From: Zymomonas mobilis subsp. mobilis ATCC 10988
GTDB taxonomy: Bacteria; Pseudomonadota; Alphaproteobacteria; Sphingomonadales; Sphingomonadaceae
Assembly (NCBI RefSeq): GCF_000175255.2
Contig: NC_017262.1
Span: 150,001-182,000 of the forward strand
Length of the DNA: 32,000 bases
Reading direction: 5' to 3'
Shown here one piece after another: positions 9,799-18,618 of this stretch (position 1 is its first letter; every line of letters starts with the position of its first letter). Under the pieces are notes generated by a model. It was not told where the DNA came from and did not search any database. It saw only the letters and a program-made list of their open reading frames with translations. The position numbers were made by a program, and so were the translations under genes.

Positions 9799-11739
9799 TT
9801 ACATATTTTGTTTATTTATATTATTTGATGCAAGTAATTTATTAACTTCTTTTGCCTTATTATTTAACCGGACAGCATTATCGCCGGGCATTCCTGGAAA
9901 TTTAGGCCACATCCCTTGCGCCATCGCATTCAAGCTTTGAGAAGATGAAGATGCTTTTTGCTGATATATCCAATAATTACGCAATACAGTCGCAACATAA
10001 GCGCGGGTTTCTGCATATGGTATAGATTCAATAAAAAGCAGTGGGTCGCCATGATCACGGTCTTTCCAACGGGGCAAGGCAGCTGGACCCGCGTTATAGG
10101 CTGCAATGACTTTGGGCAACAACCCGCCTGTGTAGCTCGTATCCCGTAGCCATTCGATATAGGCTTGACCATATTCAAAGCTGATAGTCGGTTTATCAAG
10201 ATCTTCTATATCAATATTTGTAGCATGTTGTTTAGCGACCAAACGAGCTGTTGCAGGTGTAATTTGCATAACACCTCGCGCACCTTTGTTGCTAACGGCT
10301 CGGCTACGGAACTGGGATTCTTGTAAGGCATGTGCATAAACAAGATAGGGATCTACATGCCAACCGCTTGCAGGAGCCCAATTTGGAGAAGGATAACGTG
10401 CATCAACATCTGCAGAAAAACCCGCGGGACCATGATGGGCTAACCACAATTGTGCCTCTGGTAAACGAAGATAAGATGCTAAATGAATTAAATTGTTATG
10501 GTCTTTAGGGTCGCCTAGTCGTGCTTGGTGTTTTAAAGTTTCACTGGCAAGTTGATATTCGCCAATTTGGTTCAACGCAATGGCTATTCTGATATTAGGC
10601 TGTGTTGTCAAACATTTTAGCTCGTCTTCAGATAAGGCGACAGGTCGAACAGAGGACTTAACAGTTTTTCCTAGGGCTTTTTCTGCCAAGAGACCATAAA
10701 AAGTTTCTGGCATGTGGCTAGCTGAACGTAATAAATTTTGAGTATATTCAGGGTGCCCTGATGCCATCGCGGCTCTGGCTTCCCAGAATAGACCTGCAGC
10801 CTTCATTTCTTTATTTTCGCTATAGGATGCAACACGAGAAAAAGCCTGCATAGCCGCTGAAAAATCTTCTTTTTGCCAATCGGCTAAGCCTTCAACCCAG
10901 CTTGCATCAGTTGTCCAGCGCCCAGTGCCATTTTCGGCTTGAACAGCTAAGCGGCGCGCGGCATCATCATTACCATTTAAATAGTAACTCCATGCAATAC
11001 GTTGAGCCCATTCGGTTTTGATATCATCAGATAAATTTTGTTGAGAATCTTGAAATAAATTTTCAGCCTGATCAGAAGCATCGGCTTTTATTAAAGGCAG
11101 TGCTTTAGTTTCAAAGACCATAGCTGAACGGTTTGTAGCATTGTGGTGATTAACAGGCCTTTGTGGCGCGCCTGATAAAAAGAATAAATTATTTTTTTCT
11201 GGCAGTGGTGGAAGTGTTTTTACACCGTGGTTGTAAGCAAGACGTGCCAAAGCCTCACCCTGAGGTAAGTAAGGTGACTTCTGAATTAAATTGATAATAT
11301 CATCTGGGCTGACTTTAGGTGAATTTTTTGCCAAATAAAGTTCAGCTGTTACAAAACCCGTTAGTAGGCCGTCTGGATTCGAAGATATCCATTGCTGTGC
11401 AGCTTGCCAACTGCCATGGCGTATGGCCGAAAGGCAAGCCTTATATCCCTGTATCTCTCGTGGAGATAAAACTTCTTTTACATTATCTATTGGTACCACA
11501 CGGGACACAACAACTTGCGAAAAATCGGTTTCGCTATTTTCTAATGCAATATCATCATCAGAAAGAAAACCAGGTTCAATAACAGGATTTTTATTTGTTA
11601 CTGTTGCTGCAAACGCGGAGGGTGTAGGAGGGAATAACAAAAAAGACATCGCCAAACTACAGGCTGTTTTAAAATACCGTTTCTTCTTATAAGAAAGAAG
11701 ATTGATATTGCCTTTATTCGTCTGCGGTTGTCTTTTCAT
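9799..11739 (-). CDS. Soluble lytic murein transglycosylase (Slt/MltE-type SLT domain) with N-terminal signal/hydrophobic segment
   Basis: 646 aa; ALQESQFRSRAVSNKGARGVMQITPATA, YGQAYIEWL, VIAAYNAGPAAL...YAETRAYVATVLRNYWIY; alpha-helical superhelix-like N-terminal half. Confidence 0.93.
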   Translation of the reverse strand: MKRQPQTNKGNINLLSYKKKRYFKTACSLAMSFLLFPPTPSAFAATVTNKNPVIEPGFLSDDDIALENSETDFSQVVVSRVVPIDNVKEVLSPREIQGYKACLSAIRHGSWQAAQQWISSNPDGLLTGFVTAELYLAKNSPKVSPDDIINLIQKSPYLPQGEALARLAYNHGVKTLPPLPEKNNLFFLSGAPQRPVNHHNATNRSAMVFETKALPLIKADASDQAENLFQDSQQNLSDDIKTEWAQRIAWSYYLNGNDDAARRLAVQAENGTGRWTTDASWVEGLADWQKEDFSAAMQAFSRVASYSENKEMKAAGLFWEARAAMASGHPEYTQNLLRSASHMPETFYGLLAEKALGKTVKSSVRPVALSEDELKCLTTQPNIRIAIALNQIGEYQLASETLKHQARLGDPKDHNNLIHLASYLRLPEAQLWLAHHGPAGFSADVDARYPSPNWAPASGWHVDPYLVYAHALQESQFRSRAVSNKGARGVMQITPATARLVAKQHATNIDIEDLDKPTISFEYGQAYIEWLRDTSYTGGLLPKVIAAYNAGPAALPRWKDRDHGDPLLFIESIPYAETRAYVATVLRNYWIYQQKASSSSQSLNAMAQGMWPKFPGMPGDNAVRLNNKAKEVNKLLASNNINKQNM

Positions 11740-12508
11740 CTATCTTCCCTTTTAATACCCTCAAATCTTTCCATGCTATGGCTTTTAAGGAAGGCGTTTC
11801 CAACAGCATTTTAGGATGCAGCAATGCGAATGCGTCAATATTATCATTATTCACTGTTATTGCGTGTATTTTTTTGCGTGCGTCCATGGTATTCATCTGT
11901 AACAATGCACGATTGGGCGCATCCCCTAAAAGAAGTAGATATCTTGGTTTGATAAGCGAAATATGTTGCGCTGCAATCAAAGTATAGTCATGAAAAGTTA
12001 GAGAATTACCTGCGGCATAGGACGATATTTTAACATAATCTATATGCTCAACAATCGGCGACATAGTCGCAAAATATATATCCTGCTTTTTTATAGATAA
12101 TGTATCTAGCATAGCATGCAATAATCGACCTGCCTTGCCAGAAAAAAGTTGACCTTGAGCCATGTCCTCGGCTTCTGGAGATTCGCTTAAAACCATCAAT
12201 TTAGGCGAAATCTTGACCTCAGAAAAAAGGCATTTTTCTCCAAAAATATTTTGAAGCCATAATTGAAAACTAGATATATTCTGAGGGATGTTTTTTATTA
12301 AAGATGGCGCTGATAATATCTCTTCATTCTTCTTAAAATTTAGCAGGTTATTTTTAGAAAAATTATTTTCTCTGATATTTTTATTGTCCGACGGTTTAAA
12401 TAAAGAATTTTCTGGGTGATTTTTTGAAAACCAATTTTGAGGAATGTCTTGGGTTAAGATGTCAACACCTGCTTGCTGCCACCATTCCAGAAGACTTTTG
12501 AATGCCAT
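11714..12508 (-). CDS. Uracil-DNA glycosylase-superfamily protein (family 4/5-like fold), apparently degenerate
   Basis: 264 aa; KLMVLSESPEAEDMAQGQLFSGKAGRLLHAMLDTL resembles LMFVGEAPGxxEDxxGxPFVGxAGxLLD; IKPRYLLLLGDAPNRALL and ALLHPKMLLETPSLKAIAWKDLRVLK correspond to C-terminal conserved blocks. Confidence 0.75.
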   Translation of the reverse strand: MAFKSLLEWWQQAGVDILTQDIPQNWFSKNHPENSLFKPSDNKNIRENNFSKNNLLNFKKNEEILSAPSLIKNIPQNISSFQLWLQNIFGEKCLFSEVKISPKLMVLSESPEAEDMAQGQLFSGKAGRLLHAMLDTLSIKKQDIYFATMSPIVEHIDYVKISSYAAGNSLTFHDYTLIAAQHISLIKPRYLLLLGDAPNRALLQMNTMDARKKIHAITVNNDNIDAFALLHPKMLLETPSLKAIAWKDLRVLKGKIDEKTTADE

Positions 12509-12802
12509 ATTCAGGGACCTAATTCCTCAAAACATAAAAATTCTGATCTTAAAGTTACTATCATTGCGGTAACTTATAAAATTGTCGATAAAAATTATTT
12601 ATAAAACCCTTTTGAAAGTAGCATAATTTTCTATTATTCTTCCTTTCCTTTTAGGAAACCTTGTTAAATATACCTTAATATCAAGGTTAAAAATATAATC
12701 GTCCGGCTTGAAAATCTAATTCAGTCAATATCCTATTATCAGTAACCAACGATAACAATCTTCGCTATAGGTTGGATGATTGTTATATAAACCATAAGGA
12801 TT

Positions 12803-14458
12803 ATGGGGGAAATGTCAGAACGCGAATCCATGGAATATGATGTTGTCATCGTAGGGGCTGGACCTGCAGGTCTTTCTGCAGCAATCCGGTTAAAGCAGCT
12901 GGCGGAAAAAAACGATCAGGATATTACTGTTTGCGTTTTAGAAAAGGGGGCTGAAGTCGGTGCCCATATTCTTTCTGGGGCTATAATTGACCCCATCGCT
13001 CTCAATGAACTTATCCCAGATTGGCGTGAACGAGGCGCCCCATTGACTGTTAAGGTAACAGAATCCCCGCATTGGGTTTTAACGCCTAAAAAACATTTAA
13101 CCCTGCCATCGATATTTCTTCCATCCTTCATGCATAATAAAGGGTTTTATACGGGATCGCTTGGTTCTTTATGCCGTTGGCTTGCCACAGAAGCTGAATC
13201 CTTAGGTGTCGATATTTTTCCCGGATTTGTCGCAGCAGATATTTTGTATGACGAAAATGACCAAGTAAAAGGTGTCATTACTGGAGATATGGGCGTCGGC
13301 AAAGATGGAAAAGCAAGACCTGATTTCCAGCCCGGTATGGAGCTACGTGGCCGTTATACCTTCTTTGCAGAAGGTGCACGTGGACATCTTACAAAAAGAG
13401 TCATTCGCAAATTCGAGCTCGACGCAGAAAGTCAGCCACAGGTTTATGGCTTAGGGATTAAAGAACTTTGGGAAGTCTTGCCTGAAAAGCATGTCGCTGG
13501 ACGCGTTATCCATACACAAGGATGGCCATTAAAAAGTGAAGTCGGCGGTGGCTTTATTTATCACCAAGAAAATAATCAAGTGTCATTGGGCTTCGTTGTC
13601 GGCCTAGGTTATAGCAATCCTTATCTTTCTCCTTTCCAAGAGTTCCAACGCTGGAAAGAACACCCGTCCATTCGACCCTTGCTGGAGGGGGGGCGCAGGA
13701 TTGCTTATGGTGCACGCGTCATTAACGAGGGTGGTTACCAAGCAATTCCAAAACTTATTTTTCCTGGTGGTGCTCTTATTGGGTGTTCTGCTGGTTTTGT
13801 TAATGTTCCTCGTATCAAAGGTACACATGGGGCAATGAAATCTGCTATGTTAGCAGCTGAAGCGGCCTTCGCGGCTATACAGAAAGAGACTCCATCTGAT
13901 CTACTGCAAGACTATCCTGATAATTTTGAAAAAAGTTGGCTTGCTGCTGAGCTCAAAAATGCCAGGAATGCAGAACCTGCTATTGCTCATTTTGGTCCTT
14001 TAATAGGTTCTGCTATTGCAGGAACAGATCTTTGGATGAGAAGTCTAGGGATCAAATTACCGTTTACATTAGGGCATCGTCCTGACAATTCTACACTTGT
14101 TTCCAAAGATAAGGCTAAAAAGCTAAATTATTCTAAAGCTGATGGGACAATCAGTTTTGATCGTTTGTCATCTGTTTATCTCTCAAATACGCAGCATGAT
14201 GAAAATGAACCTTGTCATCTAAAGCTGAAAGACCCTTCTGTCGCGATAAAGGTAAATTGGGAAGAATATGATTCTCCAGAAAGTCGTTATTGTCCAGCTG
14301 GGGTCTATGAAATCATAGAAGAAGACAGTAAGCCACGACTTCAAATAAATGCGCAAAATTGCCTGCACTGCAAAACTTGCGATATCAAAGATCCGACTGG
14401 GAATATCGAATGGGTAGCGCCTCAAGGTGGCGAAGGCCCAAACTATCCCAATATGTAA
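12803..14458 (+). CDS. Electron transfer flavoprotein-ubiquinone oxidoreductase; alternative start at 12812
   Basis: 551 aa; YDVVIVGAGPAGLSAAIRLKQLA, GAEVGAHILSGAIIDP, EGARGHLTK, GWPL, KGTHGAMKSGM-like block, and C-terminal 4Fe-4S cysteines CPAGVYE...CLHCKTCDIKDPTGNIEWVAPQGGEGPNYPNM. Confidence 0.96.
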   Translation: MGEMSERESMEYDVVIVGAGPAGLSAAIRLKQLAEKNDQDITVCVLEKGAEVGAHILSGAIIDPIALNELIPDWRERGAPLTVKVTESPHWVLTPKKHLTLPSIFLPSFMHNKGFYTGSLGSLCRWLATEAESLGVDIFPGFVAADILYDENDQVKGVITGDMGVGKDGKARPDFQPGMELRGRYTFFAEGARGHLTKRVIRKFELDAESQPQVYGLGIKELWEVLPEKHVAGRVIHTQGWPLKSEVGGGFIYHQENNQVSLGFVVGLGYSNPYLSPFQEFQRWKEHPSIRPLLEGGRRIAYGARVINEGGYQAIPKLIFPGGALIGCSAGFVNVPRIKGTHGAMKSAMLAAEAAFAAIQKETPSDLLQDYPDNFEKSWLAAELKNARNAEPAIAHFGPLIGSAIAGTDLWMRSLGIKLPFTLGHRPDNSTLVSKDKAKKLNYSKADGTISFDRLSSVYLSNTQHDENEPCHLKLKDPSVAIKVNWEEYDSPESRYCPAGVYEIIEEDSKPRLQINAQNCLHCKTCDIKDPTGNIEWVAPQGGEGPNYPNM

Positions 14459-14493
14459 AAATACCAAGAAACAAAAAGGTCAGATTAAATAAC

Positions 14494-14552
14494 TCTTGCC
14501 ATGGTACTAGGTCGGAAGCCTATCTTTTTGGTAGAGTTTCGCCATGGCAAGA
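14494..14552. other. Intergenic inverted repeat/stem-loop (11-bp perfect arms, 37-nt loop with small nested TAGG/CCTA pair)
   Basis: TCTTGCCATGG at 14494-14504 and CCATGGCAAGA at 14542-14552. Confidence 0.75.
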
Positions 14553-14575
14553 AACTTTAGTCTGTTTTATCAGTT

Positions 14576-16219
14576 ATGACCCCACTTCCTCGTCTTATAG
14601 CGCTATCGCTATTATTCACTTTTCCATTAGCCTCGGCTTCTGCGCATAAAGTGAAGCAGTCCCCCCTTCAACGTTATGTAGAAGGGCAAGTGGCATCATT
14701 TTCTGGTAATCCAGATCTTGCCGCTCGCGATTTTTTCTCTGTTTTTGAAGAACATCCCGACGATGCTCGTCTTGCTCTAAAGACTTATCGTCAGGCACAA
14801 ATCGCAGATAATACAAAAATAATATTATCAACATTATCCCATATGGAAAAAGATGGCTTCCGAACAGGGGATGGGCCATTCCTTATTCTGGCAAGAGCCG
14901 TTCAGCAGCATAAATGGAAAGAAGCCCATCAACTCATCGATCGGATGGAGCAGAACCATTACCCACTCTTTCCCTTTGCACCGCTATTGCGGGCATGGGT
15001 CAAATTCGGATCAGGAGAAAAAAATCCTTTAGCTGAATTAGACAAAGTAGATGCGTCGATACAGATTTTTGTACCCGAAACGCGTGGATTGCTGCTTCTG
15101 GCGATGGGGAAATATGATGAAGCATGGCCTTTTCTTGATCCGGTAATGGAAGGCGGAAGCGGTCGGGCAAACCATTTGCGAATTATTGCTGCGGGGATAA
15201 TGTCGCACCGTAACGCTCCCAAATTTAGGGCTTTGTTGGAAGGTTCCAGTGCTTCTTTAGCGAAAGCTAGACTGCTGTTGGAAAAGAATCCTAAAGCATT
15301 CCCGACTAAGCTGACAGCCGAGCTTGGTCTTTCTGAATTATTTCTTCGCCTTGCCTCTTTTATGGGAGACAAGCAAAGTCTGATGAAGCCTATTGGTTTG
15401 GGGTTAGGGCGTGCATCCTCTTGGATGACACCCGATAATGCAGAGAGTTGGTTGGTCACAGCTGAAATTTTATCTTCTATCAGACAGTTATCAGATGCCA
15501 GAATTGCTCTTGATCATATTTTTGCCGACGATCCTTTTTATAATCTGGCTAATTCAATGAAAATATCGTTCTTCTTACAAGAAGGACGAAAGGATATGGC
15601 GCTCAATCTTGCTCGCCATGTTGTTGAGCAACCCGATGCAACTGTTGAAGATTGGTATAATTTAGCTGAAATAGAAGGCGATAACGGAAATTTTGAGGCA
15701 GCTTTATCCGCTTTGGCTCATGTTGAACGCGTAAAGTCTCAAGACTGGCAAATGTGGATATTAAAAGGCACTTTGTTAGATTCTGCTGGACGTTGGCCAG
15801 AAGCAAAAGCGGCCTATCAGCAGGCTGTTTCTTTGGCACCAGAGAATCCGATTACTTTGAATACCTTGGGATATTCACAATTGGAGAAGCGCGAAAATAT
15901 TCAAGACGCAAGCTTGCTGATTATGAAGGCCTTGAAAGTGATGCCGCTTGATCCTGCGATTATTGATTCATTTGGTTGGAGCCAATATCTTTCTGGTAAC
16001 ATTAACACCGCGATTTTAGTTTTAGAAAAAGCCGTTCAAAATGCGCCGCAAGAATCTACTATTTCCGAGCATTTAGGCGATGCCTATTGGACGGCTGGAC
16101 GGCATTTCGAAGCTCGCTATTCGTGGCAAGCCTCGTTAGTAACGGCAGAAGAAAAATCAATATCACGTATTAAGAAAAAAATAGAATTAGGTTTAACCTC
16201 TGATCTAGCTGCACCTTGA
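14576..16219 (+). CDS. Exported tetratricopeptide-repeat (TPR) protein
   Basis: 547 aa; signal-peptide-like MTPLPRLIALSLLFTFPLASASA; TPR-like units e.g. EIEGDNGNFEAALSALAHVERVKSQDWQMWILKGTLLDSAGRWPEAKAAYQQAVSLAPENPITLNTLGYSQLEK. Confidence 0.85.
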   Translation: MTPLPRLIALSLLFTFPLASASAHKVKQSPLQRYVEGQVASFSGNPDLAARDFFSVFEEHPDDARLALKTYRQAQIADNTKIILSTLSHMEKDGFRTGDGPFLILARAVQQHKWKEAHQLIDRMEQNHYPLFPFAPLLRAWVKFGSGEKNPLAELDKVDASIQIFVPETRGLLLLAMGKYDEAWPFLDPVMEGGSGRANHLRIIAAGIMSHRNAPKFRALLEGSSASLAKARLLLEKNPKAFPTKLTAELGLSELFLRLASFMGDKQSLMKPIGLGLGRASSWMTPDNAESWLVTAEILSSIRQLSDARIALDHIFADDPFYNLANSMKISFFLQEGRKDMALNLARHVVEQPDATVEDWYNLAEIEGDNGNFEAALSALAHVERVKSQDWQMWILKGTLLDSAGRWPEAKAAYQQAVSLAPENPITLNTLGYSQLEKRENIQDASLLIMKALKVMPLDPAIIDSFGWSQYLSGNINTAILVLEKAVQNAPQESTISEHLGDAYWTAGRHFEARYSWQASLVTAEEKSISRIKKKIELGLTSDLAAP

Positions 16220-16512
16220 AAATAGTTATTTAAATTTATTGAGAATAAAAAACATTTAAACATATTAAATATTTTGATTTTTTAAAAAATTCTTTTTTTA
16301 TAGTGTTATTTTAAATTAATATTTGCGCTTTATGTGAATTTTTTGCGAAAAAGATTCATGTGTTAATAACGGTATTTTATCTATTTTAAGCTACTCATTG
16401 TCGATTTTAAAAAATTCTGACTAAAGTTGTTTAGAAAACAGATGCAGAGTTTTCCTAATCCGTTATAGCCCTATTTTAAGAATGTTACGTCATTATTAGG
16501 AAAGTTTTTGCG

Positions 16513-17361
16513 GTGCCCAAGCTAACAGAAATAGCCTATGCCAAAATTAATCTGGCGCTTCATGTGCGGGGAAAAATGCCGAATGGTTATCACGCATTAG
16601 AGACTATTTTTGCTTTTGCTAAAGATGGCGATATTCTCCAAGCCGAAGTGAATGATACAGAAGATAATTTAACGATTACGGGTCCTTTTTCAGAAGGATT
16701 AGAAGCCAATAAAGATAATCTTGTTTTAAGGGCAGTCACAGCTTTACGGCAGGCCTGTCCTAATAAAATACCCGCTGGATTTTCTATTATTCTTGATAAA
16801 AGATTGCCCGTTGCAGCTGGTATCGGCGGCGGATCAGCTGATGCTGCGGCTATGCTGCGGATGATCGGGCAACATTATCAAATTCCTCATGAACTGCTTT
16901 TATCCCTTGCTAATAGTCTTGGTGCAGATGTGCCTGCTTGTGTTGATTCCTGTTTAGTAAGAGGGGAAGGCGTTGGCGAAAAACTGACACAGATTGGTGA
17001 CCGGTCTTTGGAAGAAAAACCCCTATTATTAGTAAATCCTAGAGTATCCTGTTCGACCCCAATGATTTTTAAAAACTGGGATGGTATTGATCGAGGCGCA
17101 TTGGATAGCGATGGGTCTATATTAGGTGCCGCCCGATCTGGGCGTAATGATTTGGAGCCACCGGCAAGGAAGATATTGCCGATTATTGGAGAAGTCGTTG
17201 AGTGGTTACAACAACAAAAAGGGGTCAGTTTTTCTCGGATGTCAGGATCGGGAGCAACTTGTTTCGCACTTTTTGATGAAATTGAAGACCGAGATGCGGC
17301 CTACAAAAAATTGAATATTGACCATCCAGAGTGGTGGGCTTTGTCGTCATTATTACGATGA
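16513..17361 (+). CDS. ispE: 4-diphosphocytidyl-2-C-methyl-D-erythritol kinase, GTG start
   Basis: 282 aa; [51 protein letters not shown] kinase motif, [12 protein letters not shown]. Confidence 0.95.
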   Translation: MPKLTEIAYAKINLALHVRGKMPNGYHALETIFAFAKDGDILQAEVNDTEDNLTITGPFSEGLEANKDNLVLRAVTALRQACPNKIPAGFSIILDKRLPVAAGIGGGSADAAAMLRMIGQHYQIPHELLLSLANSLGADVPACVDSCLVRGEGVGEKLTQIGDRSLEEKPLLLVNPRVSCSTPMIFKNWDGIDRGALDSDGSILGAARSGRNDLEPPARKILPIIGEVVEWLQQQKGVSFSRMSGSGATCFALFDEIEDRDAAYKKLNIDHPEWWALSSLLR

Positions 17362-17442
17362 ATCTATAACGATGATTAAAATTTTAAAAAATATTTAAAA
17401 TATTGTAAAAATTAAAAGTAATTAATTAAAGTTAATCTAAAT

Positions 17443-17484
17443 AAAAACCTTATAGATGATATAAGATCGTCTATAAGGTTTTTT
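17443..17484 (+). terminator. Strong intrinsic terminator downstream of ispE (AAAAA...TTTTTT symmetrical, possibly bidirectional)
   Basis: AAAAACCTTATAGATGATataagATCGTCTATAAGGTTTTTT; 14-bp perfect outer stem extended by inner pairs with one G-U, 5-nt loop. Confidence 0.88.
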
Positions 17485-17521
17485 GTGTTTTTCTTAAGCG
17501 TAAATCGATAGAGGTTGAGTC

Positions 17522-18259
17522 GTGTCTTATCAAGTTTGGCATGATATCATAGGAGGTAACTCTTCTATTTTGTTGATTGTTGATCATGCTTCAGCTTTTG
17601 TCCCTGAAGATATTGATTTGGGAATCGACAAAAGATTATATGATGAGCATGTTGCCGTTGATAAGGGCGTTCAGACATTAGGCGAGCAGCTATGTCAGGC
17701 GTTACAATGCAACGGGGTTTTTGCGGCTCAATCTCGATTGGTTGTCGATCTCAACCGTGATGAGAATGATTTTTTAGGGCTGATGCCCGCCATTTCTGAT
17801 GGCTATGTCATTCACGGGAATACAGGCTTGACCGCTGATGAAAAAGAAGCCCGTTTGTCGCGTTTCTATCGTCCCTATCACCAACATATTGATGATATTA
17901 TTCAAAAACAGCGACCCCGGCTGATTATCTCTTTGCATAGTTTTACGCCTTGCTTGAAAAGCGACCTAAATTGTTATCGACCATGGCAGATCGGTTTGCT
18001 CTACAATAATGATGACCGAGCGACACAGATTGCTATTCCGTTATTAAAGCAAGCCCACCTTGTTGTTGGCGAAAATGAGCCTTATTCTGGCCGCATTCTG
18101 AATACGACAATGAATCGCCATGCAGAAAATAACCGTATTCCTTACCTGCTTTTTGAAATAAGGCAGGATATGTTGGAAGAGGCTAATACAATCGGAAATT
18201 GGTGCGCAATTTTGAAAAAGGTTATTAACGAAACGCTTATCTCGTTAAAAAATAAGTGA
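17522..18259 (+). CDS. N-formylglutamate amidohydrolase-family protein
   Basis: 245 aa; LLIVDHASAFVPEDIDLG, HVAVDKGVQTLGEQL, SRLVVDLNRDEND, ISLHSFTP, GENEPYSG, LLFEIRQD family blocks. Confidence 0.85.
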   Translation: MSYQVWHDIIGGNSSILLIVDHASAFVPEDIDLGIDKRLYDEHVAVDKGVQTLGEQLCQALQCNGVFAAQSRLVVDLNRDENDFLGLMPAISDGYVIHGNTGLTADEKEARLSRFYRPYHQHIDDIIQKQRPRLIISLHSFTPCLKSDLNCYRPWQIGLLYNNDDRATQIAIPLLKQAHLVVGENEPYSGRILNTTMNRHAENNRIPYLLFEIRQDMLEEANTIGNWCAILKKVINETLISLKNK

Positions 18260-18618
18260 TAAATATTCGGTGGACACCACAGGTTAAAAAAACCATGTGT
18301 TTTAGCTTTCCACTTTTAATATAAAAATTAAGTTTTTTTATCCTGCTATTACGGGCATATTTCTTTTCTCTATCGGGAAAGAGAATAATTTTTATTACCC
18401 TTGTTGACGCGATAGATATCATCCATATAGGCGCTAAACATAAGATATTAAATTTAAGGTATTAGTTCGATATACCGGAAGATGCACAAACAGGGCTTTA
18501 AACCTTTTCTTGTCCTCAATTTGAGGCCTTATCCTTGCATCATAGCAAGGGTAGATGTTTATTTCTCTGTTATGTGAAATTATTACAAATTCCGGTGCCA
18601 GAAGTGAGCGCCATAGCT

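Noticed and set aside
14359-14649. 96-aa plus-strand ORF spanning the etf-QO/TPR junction
   Set aside because: Overlaps both well-supported genes out of frame and crosses the intergenic hairpin; no domain signal.
18277-18302. CACAGGTT aaaaaa ACCATGTG-like imperfect dyad as a terminator
   Set aside because: Arms do not pair perfectly and there is no adequate T-run; too weak to call.
18237-18422. 61-aa minus-strand ORF in the intergenic region after the N-formylglutamate amidohydrolase-like gene
   Set aside because: AT-rich, no homology signature recognisable, no clear ribosome-binding site; not reported as a gene.
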